Shown piece by piece: positions 9,690 through 17,604 of a DNA stretch of 59,594 nucleotides. Position numbers and translations under genes: made by a program. Origin of the DNA: a virus (lineage: Duplodnaviria; Caudoviricetes); IMG/VR virus record IMGVR_UViG_3300021057_000001, positions 1 to 59,594 of that record; one strand, given 5' to 3'. The number at the start of each line of letters is the position of its first letter. Position 1 is the stretch's first letter. The notes beneath the pieces are model-generated. The model made no database searches. It was not told the origin of the DNA and saw nothing but the letters and a program-made list of their open reading frames with translations.

Positions 9690-9868
9690 TCACCTAACCT
9701 TTCGCGCGCTCGGCCCGACTCGACGGGCTTGGCTTCTGCAGCCGAGAGCAGTGCGGTTTTCCGGATCCCGCTCCGTTGCCGACTAACCGGACTCGCTACT
9801 GGCGCACCGCACGAAGGCGGCTCTGGGCTGACTTCCAGGGCGTTCGCAAAGGTCGGCCGGAAAAACGC
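9690..9868 (-). ncRNA. Candidate structured RNA leader
   Basis: About 180-nt gap with several complementary segments and two local hairpins (see findings). Confidence 0.35.
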
Positions 9869-10312
9869 TCAGAACGGGATGTCGTCGGTCGCCTGTCCGC
9901 CGCCGACATCACCGGCCTCGGCGAACCAGCGATCGACGTCGGCCACCTTGCTCGCATCGAGCTGCGCGAGCGGCAGCGCGCCGCTCATCTTCGCGCTCGT
10001 CCACGAGTTGCCGTTGTGGTTCGCGATCTCGGCGGCGAACGGAACTTTCTTGCCGTTCGCGGCGGCGGCCTTCGCGTCGTCGACGAACGTCTTGACGCTG
10101 CCGCCCTTCCAGCCGATCGCGATCATGTCGCGTTTCGTCCACTTGATGTTCTCGGCGTCGAGCTTGCCGCTGTACTTGGCGCGCTTGCCGGCGTTGGGGC
10201 CCTCGAGCACCTCCATCTCCCAGCGGACGCGCGGCCGCCCTTGGTTATCCGCGCCGAACTCGATGTTGATGGCCTTGCCGATGCAGTTGGGATCTTCGAA
10301 CAGTGCGCTCAT
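9869..10312 (-). CDS. Single-stranded DNA-binding protein (DUF669-like)
   Basis: Ends in acidic DDIPF tail; recombination module context. Confidence 0.75.
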   Translation of the reverse strand: MSALFEDPNCIGKAINIEFGADNQGRPRVRWEMEVLEGPNAGKRAKYSGKLDAENIKWTKRDMIAIGWKGGSVKTFVDDAKAAAANGKKVPFAAEIANHNGNSWTSAKMSGALPLAQLDASKVADVDRWFAEAGDVGGGQATDDIPF

Positions 10313-10564
10313 TGCTTTCGTCCTTTGCTCTTGCGGCTCCTCGCCGCGGTTCGTGCGCGCTCTCCGCCTCGACGGAGATGGCCGCGGTCGGCGGCGCGCT
10401 GTCGTCAGTCAGCGCAGGGGATGCACTCGCCCTGCTCGTTTACGTACGTCGTCGCTTCGCACTTCTCGCACCACGCCGTCGGTGGCTCCTGCTCGGGGAC
10501 ACGCGTAGGGGGGGCTGCGGATCGCGCCACTCCGTGCAGTGCCAGCAGCGCGCGCCACAGCAGG

Positions 10565-10885
10565 TCACGCGCTCCTCCGATGCGTCTGGTAACAGGCGAA
10601 GCAGCGGACACCGTGTGTCGCCGGACCGTGCGCGCCGCCGTTGATGCACAACCGCGCGGCGCGCAGCATCTGCCGCCGATCCCTTGCCCATGCGCGGCGC
10701 GCGTCCCGGCGCTCCTCGGGTGACAGTGGCGCTGGCTGCGTGCGGATGCCGGCGGCGCTCAGGTGCCTGGTGATCGTCCAGCGGTGCCGCAGCAGGCGGC
10801 GGGCGATTCGGTAGACGGGAAGGCCCTGGGCGAACAGCGCGAGGATCTGCTCGCGCTCCTGGGTGGAGACGGGGATGCCGTTCAT
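10565..10885 (-). CDS. HTH DNA-binding protein with Cys/His tail
   Basis: EREQILALFAQGLPVYRIARRLLRHRWTITRHL HTH; C-terminal CING..H..C..C. Confidence 0.7.
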   Translation of the reverse strand: MNGIPVSTQEREQILALFAQGLPVYRIARRLLRHRWTITRHLSAAGIRTQPAPLSPEERRDARRAWARDRRQMLRAARLCINGGAHGPATHGVRCFACYQTHRRSA

Positions 10886-11040
10886 GGCCACCGATCCTTG
10901 CGCCAGCTCGTCGGGATGCCGACCGAGCGCGGCACGCCGCAGTCACGGCCAACCACGATCGCGCGCGCGGGCTTCGCGGGCGTGACGATCGCGAGGGTCA
11001 CGAGGACGCCGGCGAGGAAGGCGCCGAGGTAGAGCAGCAT
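10882..11040 (-). CDS. Small membrane protein
   Basis: 52 aa MLLYLGAFLAGVLVTLAIV..., read manually; coupled to both neighbours. Confidence 0.45.
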   Translation of the reverse strand: MLLYLGAFLAGVLVTLAIVTPAKPARAIVVGRDCGVPRSVGIPTSWRKDRWP

Positions 11041-11192
11041 CAGTTACCGCCCTCCTGCTCGGCGAGCGCCTTCAGGATCAGGTCGTCGACGACGGTGCGG
11101 ACCTGCGTCCCGTGCTTGCGGGCGTACTCGCGGAGCTTCGCGAAGGTCTCCGCGCGAACGGAGATCGCCGGCTTCTTGGGGGGGCGCTTCAC
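11040..11192 (-). CDS. Ribbon-helix-helix-like protein
   Basis: PAISVRAETFAKLREYARKHGTQVRTVVDDLI pattern. Confidence 0.6.
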   Translation of the reverse strand: MKRPPKKPAISVRAETFAKLREYARKHGTQVRTVVDDLILKALAEQEGGN

Positions 11193-11395
11193 GACCTCAC
11201 CTCCGCGGCCTTCCGCTCGGCCTGCTCCTTGACGAGCAGGCCGACGGCGAGAGCGATCTGATCGCCGATCTGTCGCATGAGCACGGCGATGTCCTGCGAC
11301 GTGGGGCTCGAGTCGGCGGCGAAGTCGTCGCACAAGGACTTCGCGCGCCCGTTCAGGGCGACGAGGGCGAGCGTGCGCTTGACGTCGCGGGTCAC
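11189..11395 (-). CDS. Hypothetical protein
   Basis: GTGA overlaps on both sides. Confidence 0.5.
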   Translation of the reverse strand: MTRDVKRTLALVALNGRAKSLCDDFAADSSPTSQDIAVLMRQIGDQIALAVGLLVKEQAERKAAEVRS

Positions 11396-11922
11396 GGGCG
11401 TACCGCCTTGGCCGCCTGCTCTGCCAGCTTCTCCGTCTCTGCGCGTACGTACTCGACGGTGCGGTACGTCAGCACGAAGTAGCCGTCGAACGCCGAGCCG
11501 CACCCGTACTCGGTGACCTTCTGGAGATCCAGATCGCCGTGGTGGTTGCAGTCGAAGCCGAGCCACCACACGTCGTCGGGCTCACCCGGCTTCGCGACGT
11601 GGCAGATCGATCCCTGGCACTTGGCGGCGTACGTGATGCCGCCGTGTACGTCAGCGTCGCAGCCATCGCTCCAGCTCGTGCCCTTGCCGTGCCACGGGTG
11701 ACCTGGCGGGACCGCGACGTAGCCGCACCACGCTCCGACGTGGTTGCGATGGAGAATGCACGCATGACCCGCGTGCTCGAAGTCGACGTGATCCGGCTCG
11801 TCGTGCCACGGACCGTCGACGACGACGCGCTGCTCGATGCGGTCGATCTTGGGCAGACCGTTCTCCGAGCCCCAGACGATGAACTTCGGCAAGACGAGCT
11901 TGCCGTCGATGCGGGTGAACAT
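11392..11922 (-). CDS. Conserved phage protein (WCGYV/VHGGITY family)
   Basis: GAWCGYVAVPPGHPWHG, VHGGITY and WWLGFDCNH motifs. Confidence 0.75.
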   Translation of the reverse strand: MFTRIDGKLVLPKFIVWGSENGLPKIDRIEQRVVVDGPWHDEPDHVDFEHAGHACILHRNHVGAWCGYVAVPPGHPWHGKGTSWSDGCDADVHGGITYAAKCQGSICHVAKPGEPDDVWWLGFDCNHHGDLDLQKVTEYGCGSAFDGYFVLTYRTVEYVRAETEKLAEQAAKAVRP

Positions 11923-12081
11923 TCAAACGCTCCTGCGCGGGCGGTCCCACGCGTTGAGGAAGGTGTGCGAGTTGCCGCGCTCGACGGCGCGGCGTGCAAG
12001 CACCGAGCGGCAGAGGATCGGGTCGGTAACGATCGCGAAGTGCGCGCGCATCTGCGCGACGTAAAGCTGGCCGGGTGTCAC
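11923..12081 (-). CDS. Small hypothetical protein
   Basis: Fills the gap between coupled ORFs. Confidence 0.4.
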   Translation of the reverse strand: MTPGQLYVAQMRAHFAIVTDPILCRSVLARRAVERGNSHTFLNAWDRPRRSV

Positions 12082-12446
12082 GGCGCGCTCCGCCTGCGAG
12101 CGCGATCGAGGATGGCCTCGGGCGTGTGGTCGGGCGAGATCGGGTGAGCGTCGTAGGACGCAAGGTCGATTCGATACGTCGCAACCGTCTCGCGGTCGCC
12201 GCGCCGCACGACGCGCAGCGAGCAGCCATACTCGTCCAACTCGTAGGCGCGAGCGTTCGCGGCGGCCCAGGACCGGAACGCAAGCTCGCCGCTCGCGCCG
12301 TACTCCTTCCACCACAGCGTGAGCCCGTTGCCGGTCGTCGGCAGCGCGGCCATCGCGGAGATCGCGTTCATGATCAGCGCGACGTGACCAACGTCGATGT
12401 CCGTGCCGACGACGGGGATCGAAACGGGCTTGCGGTTCGTCGCCAT
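12078..12446 (-). CDS. Hypothetical protein
   Basis: MATNRKPVSIP..., with GGAGGG upstream. Confidence 0.55.
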   Translation of the reverse strand: MATNRKPVSIPVVGTDIDVGHVALIMNAISAMAALPTTGNGLTLWWKEYGASGELAFRSWAAANARAYELDEYGCSLRVVRRGDRETVATYRIDLASYDAHPISPDHTPEAILDRARRRSAP

Positions 12447-12646
12447 CAGATCCACCCCTCCTCGGCCAGCTTCCGCTCGCGCCGCTTGCTCCGCGCCTCG
12501 CTGGCCGCGCATGTCTCGCACCGCCGCTCGCTGAATGGGGCGTCCGGGTTCTGCGCCGGGTCGTCGCACCAGCGACGGGTGGTGACGTACGTGCAGTCGG
12601 CGATGGGGTGCGCGTCGCCGCAGTTGGAGCAGTCGGGGTGGGCCAT
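12446..12646 (-). CDS. Small Zn-finger protein
   Basis: CSNCGDAH...C and CETC motifs. Confidence 0.55.
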   Translation of the reverse strand: MAHPDCSNCGDAHPIADCTYVTTRRWCDDPAQNPDAPFSERRCETCAASEARSKRRERKLAEEGWI

Positions 12647-12648
12647 GG

Positions 12649-12933
12649 CTACTTGGTCTCCTGTGCATCGCGCGCAGCCTGGAGAGCGGCGCGCGCCTTG
12701 TTCGTGCGCTCGGCCGCAGCCCACGCGCGATCCGTGGCAGCCTTCGCAGCCGGAGTCGGCGCGTGGCGGGGCGGGGTCTCGGGAACGGCGGCGACCGCCT
12801 TGTGCTCGGCGGCGAGGGCACGCTCGTACTTGCGCTCGAGCTGGGCAATGGACTTCGCGGTAGGCCGCTTACGAAGCGCACGCTCGAAGGCAGCGTCGTT
12901 GAGTCCGTCGGGGCCGTCGTCGAGGCCCTTCAC
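12649..12933 (-). CDS. Hypothetical Ala-rich protein
   Basis: 94 aa, coupled to upstream ORF. Confidence 0.5.
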   Translation of the reverse strand: MKGLDDGPDGLNDAAFERALRKRPTAKSIAQLERKYERALAAEHKAVAAVPETPPRHAPTPAAKAATDRAWAAAERTNKARAALQAARDAQETK

Positions 12934-13247
12934 GCCACCCTCCGCTCACGCGCGATCTCGTCGTCGATCTCCGCGACCTCCGCGCGCACCGCCTCGCGCT
13001 CCGAGATCCGCCCGGCGCGGTGGTAGGCGTGCATGCGCGCTAGCGCGGCGCGCTTCTCCTCGATCAGCTGCTCGAGGCGCGACGCGAGGCCCGTGCCGTG
13101 GCAGTCGCGGCACGAACGGTGCGAGCGCTCGTCGCCGACGATGCCGCCGCCGTCACAGGTCGGGCAGTTGTTCGAGCGGCCCACCAGCGGGGAGCAGGAC
13201 TGGGTGCCGAGGAGGGGGGTGACGAGGTCGTCGTTCGTCGATGCCAT
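12930..13247 (-). CDS. First gene of leftward operon, DnaJ-type CxxCxGxG Zn finger
   Basis: CPTCDGGG and CRDCHGTG motifs; directly behind the PL-like promoter. Confidence 0.6.
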   Translation of the reverse strand: MASTNDDLVTPLLGTQSCSPLVGRSNNCPTCDGGGIVGDERSHRSCRDCHGTGLASRLEQLIEEKRAALARMHAYHRAGRISEREAVRAEVAEIDDEIARERRVA

Positions 13248-13251
13248 GGCT

Positions 13252-13303
13252 TTAGTGGTACTAATTCGCCGACGTGTTGTCAAACGAAAATTAGCGCGAC
13301 TAA
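13252..13303 (-). promoter_or_regulatory. Leftward early promoter with two TTAG-N5-CTAA operators
   Basis: Perfect -35 TTGACA (minus strand, 13278-13283); palindromes TTAGTGGTACTAA (13252-13264) and TTAGCGCGACTAA (13291-13303). Confidence 0.75.
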
Positions 13304-13305
13304 AC

Positions 13306-13488
13306 CTACCGACGAGAACGCGCTCGTTTTGCGAGCAGTTCCACGGCGGCAACTACCAGCGCGAGTGCCTCGGGATCGCCTCCCAGCGCTCGTACCGCTT
13401 TGCGTGCGAGCTGAACAGCTCGAGCACGCCCTGCCTTCACGTTCTTGCGTCCGGCCCGTTGCGGTGCCGTCTTCGTCGTCTTCGCCAC
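13306..13488 (-). CDS. Small basic hypothetical protein downstream of repressor
   Basis: 60 aa with GGAGGAG upstream of GTG. Confidence 0.5.
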   Translation of the reverse strand: MAKTTKTAPQRAGRKNVKAGRARAVQLARKAVRALGGDPEALALVVAAVELLAKRARSRR

Positions 13489-13620
13489 TTCGACTCCTCC
13501 AGCGGGGATTGCGGCTAGTGCCCTACGTCCGCTGTTGGAGCAGTTCTATACCGGCATACTGACAGCGCGTTCAGGTGTTCCGGATTACGTTGGTATCGCG
13601 AGAGAACTTAGGCGCGTGCC

Positions 13621-14019
13621 TCATTTCGCGGCAGCGCGCTTCTTTCTCAGCGAGTCAATCATGCGCTCGATGGTCGTCTGGTCGTCAGCATCGAGCTCGC
13701 TAGCGCCCTCGACGATCCGGTTGAAACTCTCGTTGCTTTCGGCGGCCGGCGCGGTTCCCTCGCCGATCTTTAGCGCGCGGATCACGTTTGCATAGACCAC
13801 GCGCTTTACCTGCCTCGATCGACCGCTCTCCAGGTTCGAGATCGTCGCGGGCGAGCACGGCACGCGTCCGGCGAGATCTTCCTGCCGCCACTCGAGCTTC
13901 TCGCGACGCTTCCGGATCGCTTCGCGTTGCTCGGGCGTCACCGAGATCATTCCTCCCTCGGGATGCTGTTGCATGCCCTTCGTGGTCTTGCGCGCCATGT
14001 CCGCGTTAGAGCGAATCAC
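13621..14019 (-). CDS. XRE-family HTH repressor (CI-like)
   Basis: IRKRREKLEWRQEDLAGRVPCSPATISNLESG HTH; divergent from the Cro-like gene; start may be 13998 or 13974. Confidence 0.85.
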   Translation of the reverse strand: MIRSNADMARKTTKGMQQHPEGGMISVTPEQREAIRKRREKLEWRQEDLAGRVPCSPATISNLESGRSRQVKRVVYANVIRALKIGEGTAPAAESNESFNRIVEGASELDADDQTTIERMIDSLRKKRAAAK

Positions 14020-14049
14020 GCGAGCACGCTAGTCGCCTTGAAGACCCGC

Positions 14050-14078
14050 TTGACTCGCGACGTTAGTGGGACGAAAAC
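14050..14078 (+). promoter_or_regulatory. Rightward early promoter with degenerate operator
   Basis: TTGACT at 14050-14055; TTAGTGGGACGAA (14063-14075) resembles the 13252 and 13291 palindromes. Confidence 0.55.
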
Positions 14079-14087
14079 AGGTGGAGC

Positions 14088-14315
14088 ATGGACACCGGCG
14101 AGCGCATCGAAGCATGGTGCGAAGCGAAGGGCGTCACCTTCGAAGACGTAGCCAACGCAGCCGGAGTAACCGTCGCTGCCGTCTATCAGTGGGTCGGCAC
14201 CGGCAAGTCGAAGACGAAGCCGGCGCTGCGCCACCTCGAGTCCGTCGTGAAGTTCCTGAAGCTCACGATGGAAGAGTTCTACGGCCCCATCCCCAAGTCG
14301 AAGCGGGCCTCGTGA
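14088..14315 (+). CDS. Cro-like HTH protein
   Basis: GVTFEDVANAAGVTVAAVYQWVG HTH; 75 aa; divergent from the repressor. Confidence 0.85.
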   Translation: MDTGERIEAWCEAKGVTFEDVANAAGVTVAAVYQWVGTGKSKTKPALRHLESVVKFLKLTMEEFYGPIPKSKRAS

Positions 14316-14632
14316 CCTCACGACGTCAGGCCGATCGCGGCACGTACGCGTTGCTCGCTCCCTCCGCGAATCGCGTGAAGGTGGGATCCGCGTCGAATAT
14401 CGACACGCGCATCCGCGATATCGCACGCATCTGCCCGGTGCCGCTCATGTTGATCGGGCGCTCTAACTCGTTCGTCGAGTCGCGGATTCATGACGAGATT
14501 GCGACTGCGCACGTGAACGGCGAATGGTTCGAGGCGACGCCGGAGGTGCTCGCCGCGATCGAGCGCCACATGGTGCGCATTGAAAGGCCGGTCGATGCTT
14601 CGCCCCGCGAAAAGTCGAGGTGGCACCGATGA
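14312..14632 (+). CDS. T5orf172/MUG113 (GIY-YIG-like) domain protein
   Basis: TYALL...RVKVGSASNIDTRIRDI...ESRIH...NGEWF. Confidence 0.8.
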   Translation: MTSRRQADRGTYALLAPSANRVKVGSASNIDTRIRDIARICPVPLMLIGRSNSFVESRIHDEIATAHVNGEWFEATPEVLAAIERHMVRIERPVDASPREKSRWHR

Positions 14633-14667
14633 CTCTCGAAAACCGAGTCGCGCAAAGCGTCGTGACC

Positions 14668-15216
14668 TCACCTCTTCGCCCGCTGCCGCTCGACGTAGCA
14701 CTCGCCGAGAGCGAACTCGCCGGTCAGTTCGATCTGTCTGCGCGTCCACTCGCACTCGCCGTAGGTTCTGCGGCAGAACACGCCGTCTTCGCCCGTGGTG
14801 TGCGCGGTGGCGCTCATGCATGCGACGTTCTTCGTCGCGCGACACGCCTTCGACTTCTTCGCGCACATGGATCGCGTCTCGTAACAGAAGACGCCAGCGC
14901 CGGGCAGTGGCCCGCACCAGTGCGGTTTGTCCGTGAAGTAGATGCTGATCCCGTTCTCGACGGTCGAATCGTCATCGGGTTCCACGACCCCGACCGACGC
15001 GCCATCCACGGTCACCCCCTCCTCCGCCAGCACCTCGGCCACGGTACGCCGCACCGCCCGCTCGGCCACATCGCCGGCCACCTCGAGCATCAGCGCCGGC
15101 AACTTGCGCCAGGCGTAGGCGTCCGCGCTTTCGTTCGGGTCGTCCATGGTGACTCGGACGCCGTCGGCGCGAGCCAAGCCGGCCGCCAGAACCACCACCA
15201 CGCTCGCTCGCTTCAT
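14668..15216 (-). CDS. Secreted Cys-rich protein (antisense moron)
   Basis: Signal-peptide-like MKRASVVVVLAAGLARA/DG; 8 Cys in the C-terminal half. Confidence 0.6.
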   Translation of the reverse strand: MKRASVVVVLAAGLARADGVRVTMDDPNESADAYAWRKLPALMLEVAGDVAERAVRRTVAEVLAEEGVTVDGASVGVVEPDDDSTVENGISIYFTDKPHWCGPLPGAGVFCYETRSMCAKKSKACRATKNVACMSATAHTTGEDGVFCRRTYGECEWTRRQIELTGEFALGECYVERQRAKR

Positions 15217-15314
15217 CACCCTGCTCCCTTCGTAAGCGTTTCTCGTAAGGACTTCACCGCCAGCCTCCGCCAAGCCAGTTGGCGCACGTTGGCGCAGCCC
15301 ACTGCGAGGTTCTC

Positions 15315-15743
15315 ATGAGCGCGGAACCGCTGTCGAATCTCGTCGAGTTGGAGCCAAAGGACGAAAGCCCGGCCGAGAAGCTCGAGCGCGACGTCTACCG
15401 CTTCGTTCAGTCGATTCTGTCCGTCGTCGGTGGTCACGACACGGCAGCTCGGATCATGCGGATGGACTCCGGCGATCTGACGCGTGCGCTGGCGCCGAAG
15501 CCGACGCGCAACCTCACCGTCCAGAACATCATGCGACTCGGCGCGCACCTCGCGCAGTCGTCGCCGGTGACCGCGCAGCGACTTGCTGCGGCGATCCTGA
15601 AGCCCTTCGACCTCGTGGTCTCGCCACGGACGCAGCTAACTGCCGCCGAGCAGGCGCGGCGAGCGCGCAAGCTCATGAACGCGATGTCCGCCGCGTGCGG
15701 CGTCGATCTGTGGGCGCAGGCGATGGAGGACCCGGGCACGTAG
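15315..15743 (+). CDS. Putative CII-like regulator
   Basis: Position after Cro; HTH-like GGHDTAARIMRMDSGDLTRAL. Confidence 0.5.
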   Translation: MSAEPLSNLVELEPKDESPAEKLERDVYRFVQSILSVVGGHDTAARIMRMDSGDLTRALAPKPTRNLTVQNIMRLGAHLAQSSPVTAQRLAAAILKPFDLVVSPRTQLTAAEQARRARKLMNAMSAACGVDLWAQAMEDPGT

Positions 15744-15753
15744 TTCTCTCTCC

Positions 15754-15833
15754 GCACCGGATGGTCACTCGATCGGCCCGCTGCCCTCACAGCCAGCCAC
15801 GTCGACGAGCAGGGTTCGACTCCCAACGGTGCA
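15754..15833 (+). pseudogene. Degenerate tRNA-like element
   Basis: GCACCG/CGGTGC acceptor-like stem, GGTC/GGCC D-like stem, GGG-TTCGACT-CCC T-loop; non-canonical anticodon arm. Confidence 0.35.
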
Positions 15834-15913
15834 CGACAGCAATGGGTGATCGCAGTTACAGCGCCACAGCTACGCCCGCGAGCGAGAGACTCACGAAGGG
15901 CTCACGCGCGTCG

Positions 15914-16345
15914 ATGGAGATCGTCTACCTGGCGCACCCGCTCGGCGGCGACGTCGACGCGAATGCCGCACGCGCCCGCCGCTGGCTCCGCTGGCTGATG
16001 GACACATGTCCGCAGTACGCGTTTTGCTGCCCGTGGCTGCCCTTCGTCGATGTCGGTTACCCCGACGACAAGCGCGGACCAGGCGCGATCGATCCTGACT
16101 CGATGCCCGAGTACAGGGCTCGGTGCTTGCGTGACGACATCGCGATCGCGGCGCGCTGCGACGGCATCGTTCTCGTCGGCGATCGCGTCTCGCCCGGGAT
16201 GGCACAGGAGCGCGACGCGGTGGTTGCGTCCGGCGGTTGGGTCGCCGATCTGACCATCTTCAAGGAGTCGTTGATGACCGAGCGTGCATGGCCGAAGGGG
16301 CCGCACGCCACCCCGATCGACCTCGGCCGCGGGTGGCTCCGATGA
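15914..16345 (+). CDS. DUF4406 / nucleoside deoxyribosyltransferase-like protein
   Basis: IVYLAHPLGGD...DIAIAARCDGIVLVGDRVSPGMAQE pattern. Confidence 0.65.
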   Translation: MEIVYLAHPLGGDVDANAARARRWLRWLMDTCPQYAFCCPWLPFVDVGYPDDKRGPGAIDPDSMPEYRARCLRDDIAIAARCDGIVLVGDRVSPGMAQERDAVVASGGWVADLTIFKESLMTERAWPKGPHATPIDLGRGWLR

Positions 16346-17208
16346 TCTACGTGCTCAGCATCTCCGGCGGGAAGGACTCGGCCGCCCTGTGGGCATGGGC
16401 GAAGCGTACCGGGCTCGCACCGCGACGCGCTGTCGCCTGCGACACCGGATGGGAGTACGACGGCGAGGAGTTCGACGACGGGCACACGGCCACGTCGTGG
16501 CACGCGTACATCGCCGCGCTCTCATTCGCCATCGGCGAGCCAATTACGATCGTTGCCGCTGATCGGCAGTTCGACGAGCGCGTGCTCGCGCACAACACCT
16601 TCCCGGGGATGCTGAACCGCCGATGGTGCACCGAAGAGCTGAAGCTGCACCCGTTCCGCGCAGAGGTCGACCGCATTCGAGAAGAGACCGGCGACGACGT
16701 TACGGTCGTAGTGGGCGTTCGCGCCGAGGAGAGCGATGCGCGCGCGAAGATGCCGGAGCGAGAGTGGAGCGACTTCTACGACTGCGAGATGTGGCGCCCG
16801 ATCATCGGGTGGACGCTCGAACAGGTGATCGCCGAACACCACGACGGGAACCTGCCGATCAACCCGCTGTACTTCGAGGGTGCTGAACGCGTCGGCTGTT
16901 TCCCGTGCGTGAAGGCTCGGAAGAAGGAGCTACGCGTGCTCGCGCGGGTCCCTCGCCGGGTCGAGCGCTTGCGTCAGCTCGAAGCAAAAACCGGAACGAC
17001 GATGTTCTGCCTGGAGCAGCCGAAGAAGAAGGGTCAGGAGCGGAAGCTGATCCCCACGCCGATCGACAAGATGATCGAGTGGGCGCAGACGGAGCGCGGC
17101 GGGAAGAGGTTGATGCTGCCGATGTTCCAGGAGCCGAGCGGCTGTGCCCGGTGGGGCATCTGCGAGCGCCCGCTACCTGACGACGACGGAGGCGCCGGTG
17201 ATCGCTGA
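16342..17208 (+). CDS. PAPS reductase family protein
   Basis: SGGKDS PP-loop, DTGWE, WCTEELK, GVRAEES..R, RVGCFPC. Confidence 0.9.
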   Translation: MIYVLSISGGKDSAALWAWAKRTGLAPRRAVACDTGWEYDGEEFDDGHTATSWHAYIAALSFAIGEPITIVAADRQFDERVLAHNTFPGMLNRRWCTEELKLHPFRAEVDRIREETGDDVTVVVGVRAEESDARAKMPEREWSDFYDCEMWRPIIGWTLEQVIAEHHDGNLPINPLYFEGAERVGCFPCVKARKKELRVLARVPRRVERLRQLEAKTGTTMFCLEQPKKKGQERKLIPTPIDKMIEWAQTERGGKRLMLPMFQEPSGCARWGICERPLPDDDGGAGDR

Positions 17209-17434
17209 ACTCGTCGCCCAGCTGCGCCACGACGTCTACGACGAGCTGGCCACCTCCGGATCGCCCACCGACGCCTACGCCGTCGCGCGTGAGCTCGGCT
17301 ACCGCAAGGGCTGGAACGATCGAGCTCACTCCATCGCCGAGCAGATCGAGCGGACGGAGCGCGGCCTGCGCGAGCTTCGAGAAGCCGTCCCCACGCTGTT
17401 CGAGGCGGTGGACGTCGAGGGGGAGTGGGAGTGA
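17198..17434 (+). CDS. Hypothetical protein
   Basis: GGAGG upstream of GTG; coupled to neighbours. Confidence 0.55.
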   Translation: MIAELVAQLRHDVYDELATSGSPTDAYAVARELGYRKGWNDRAHSIAEQIERTERGLRELREAVPTLFEAVDVEGEWE

Positions 17435-17604
17435 CCTGCGTCGACTGCAAGCGCGACGTCGCGATCACCGTGGAACAGCACGCGGTCATCGCACGCGGGT
17501 CGCGTTGCCAGCGCACCGCGACGTGGCACGTCTGCCCGCGCTGCTGGGCCGCACGCGGCGGTGATGTCGAGCACCGAGCACCGCGCGCTGGAGAGCGCCC
17601 GTGA
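17431..17604 (+). CDS. Small Zn-finger protein
   Basis: CVDC...CPRC, read manually; GTGA overlaps on both sides. Confidence 0.45.
   Translation: MTCVDCKRDVAITVEQHAVIARGSRCQRTATWHVCPRCWAARGGDVEHRAPRAGERP

Noticed and set aside
10313-10568. A defined CDS between ssb and the HTH gene
   Set aside because: Two overlapping short Cys-containing frames compete and neither has a convincing start; left uncalled.
15754-15833. Functional tRNA gene
   Set aside because: Anticodon arm and T-stem are non-canonical and no anticodon can be assigned; kept only as a tRNA-like element.
16342-17208. Complete Dnd/Ssp phosphorothioation system
   Set aside because: Only the PAPS-reductase-family gene is present; no DndA/B/D/E or Ssp partners are recognisable.
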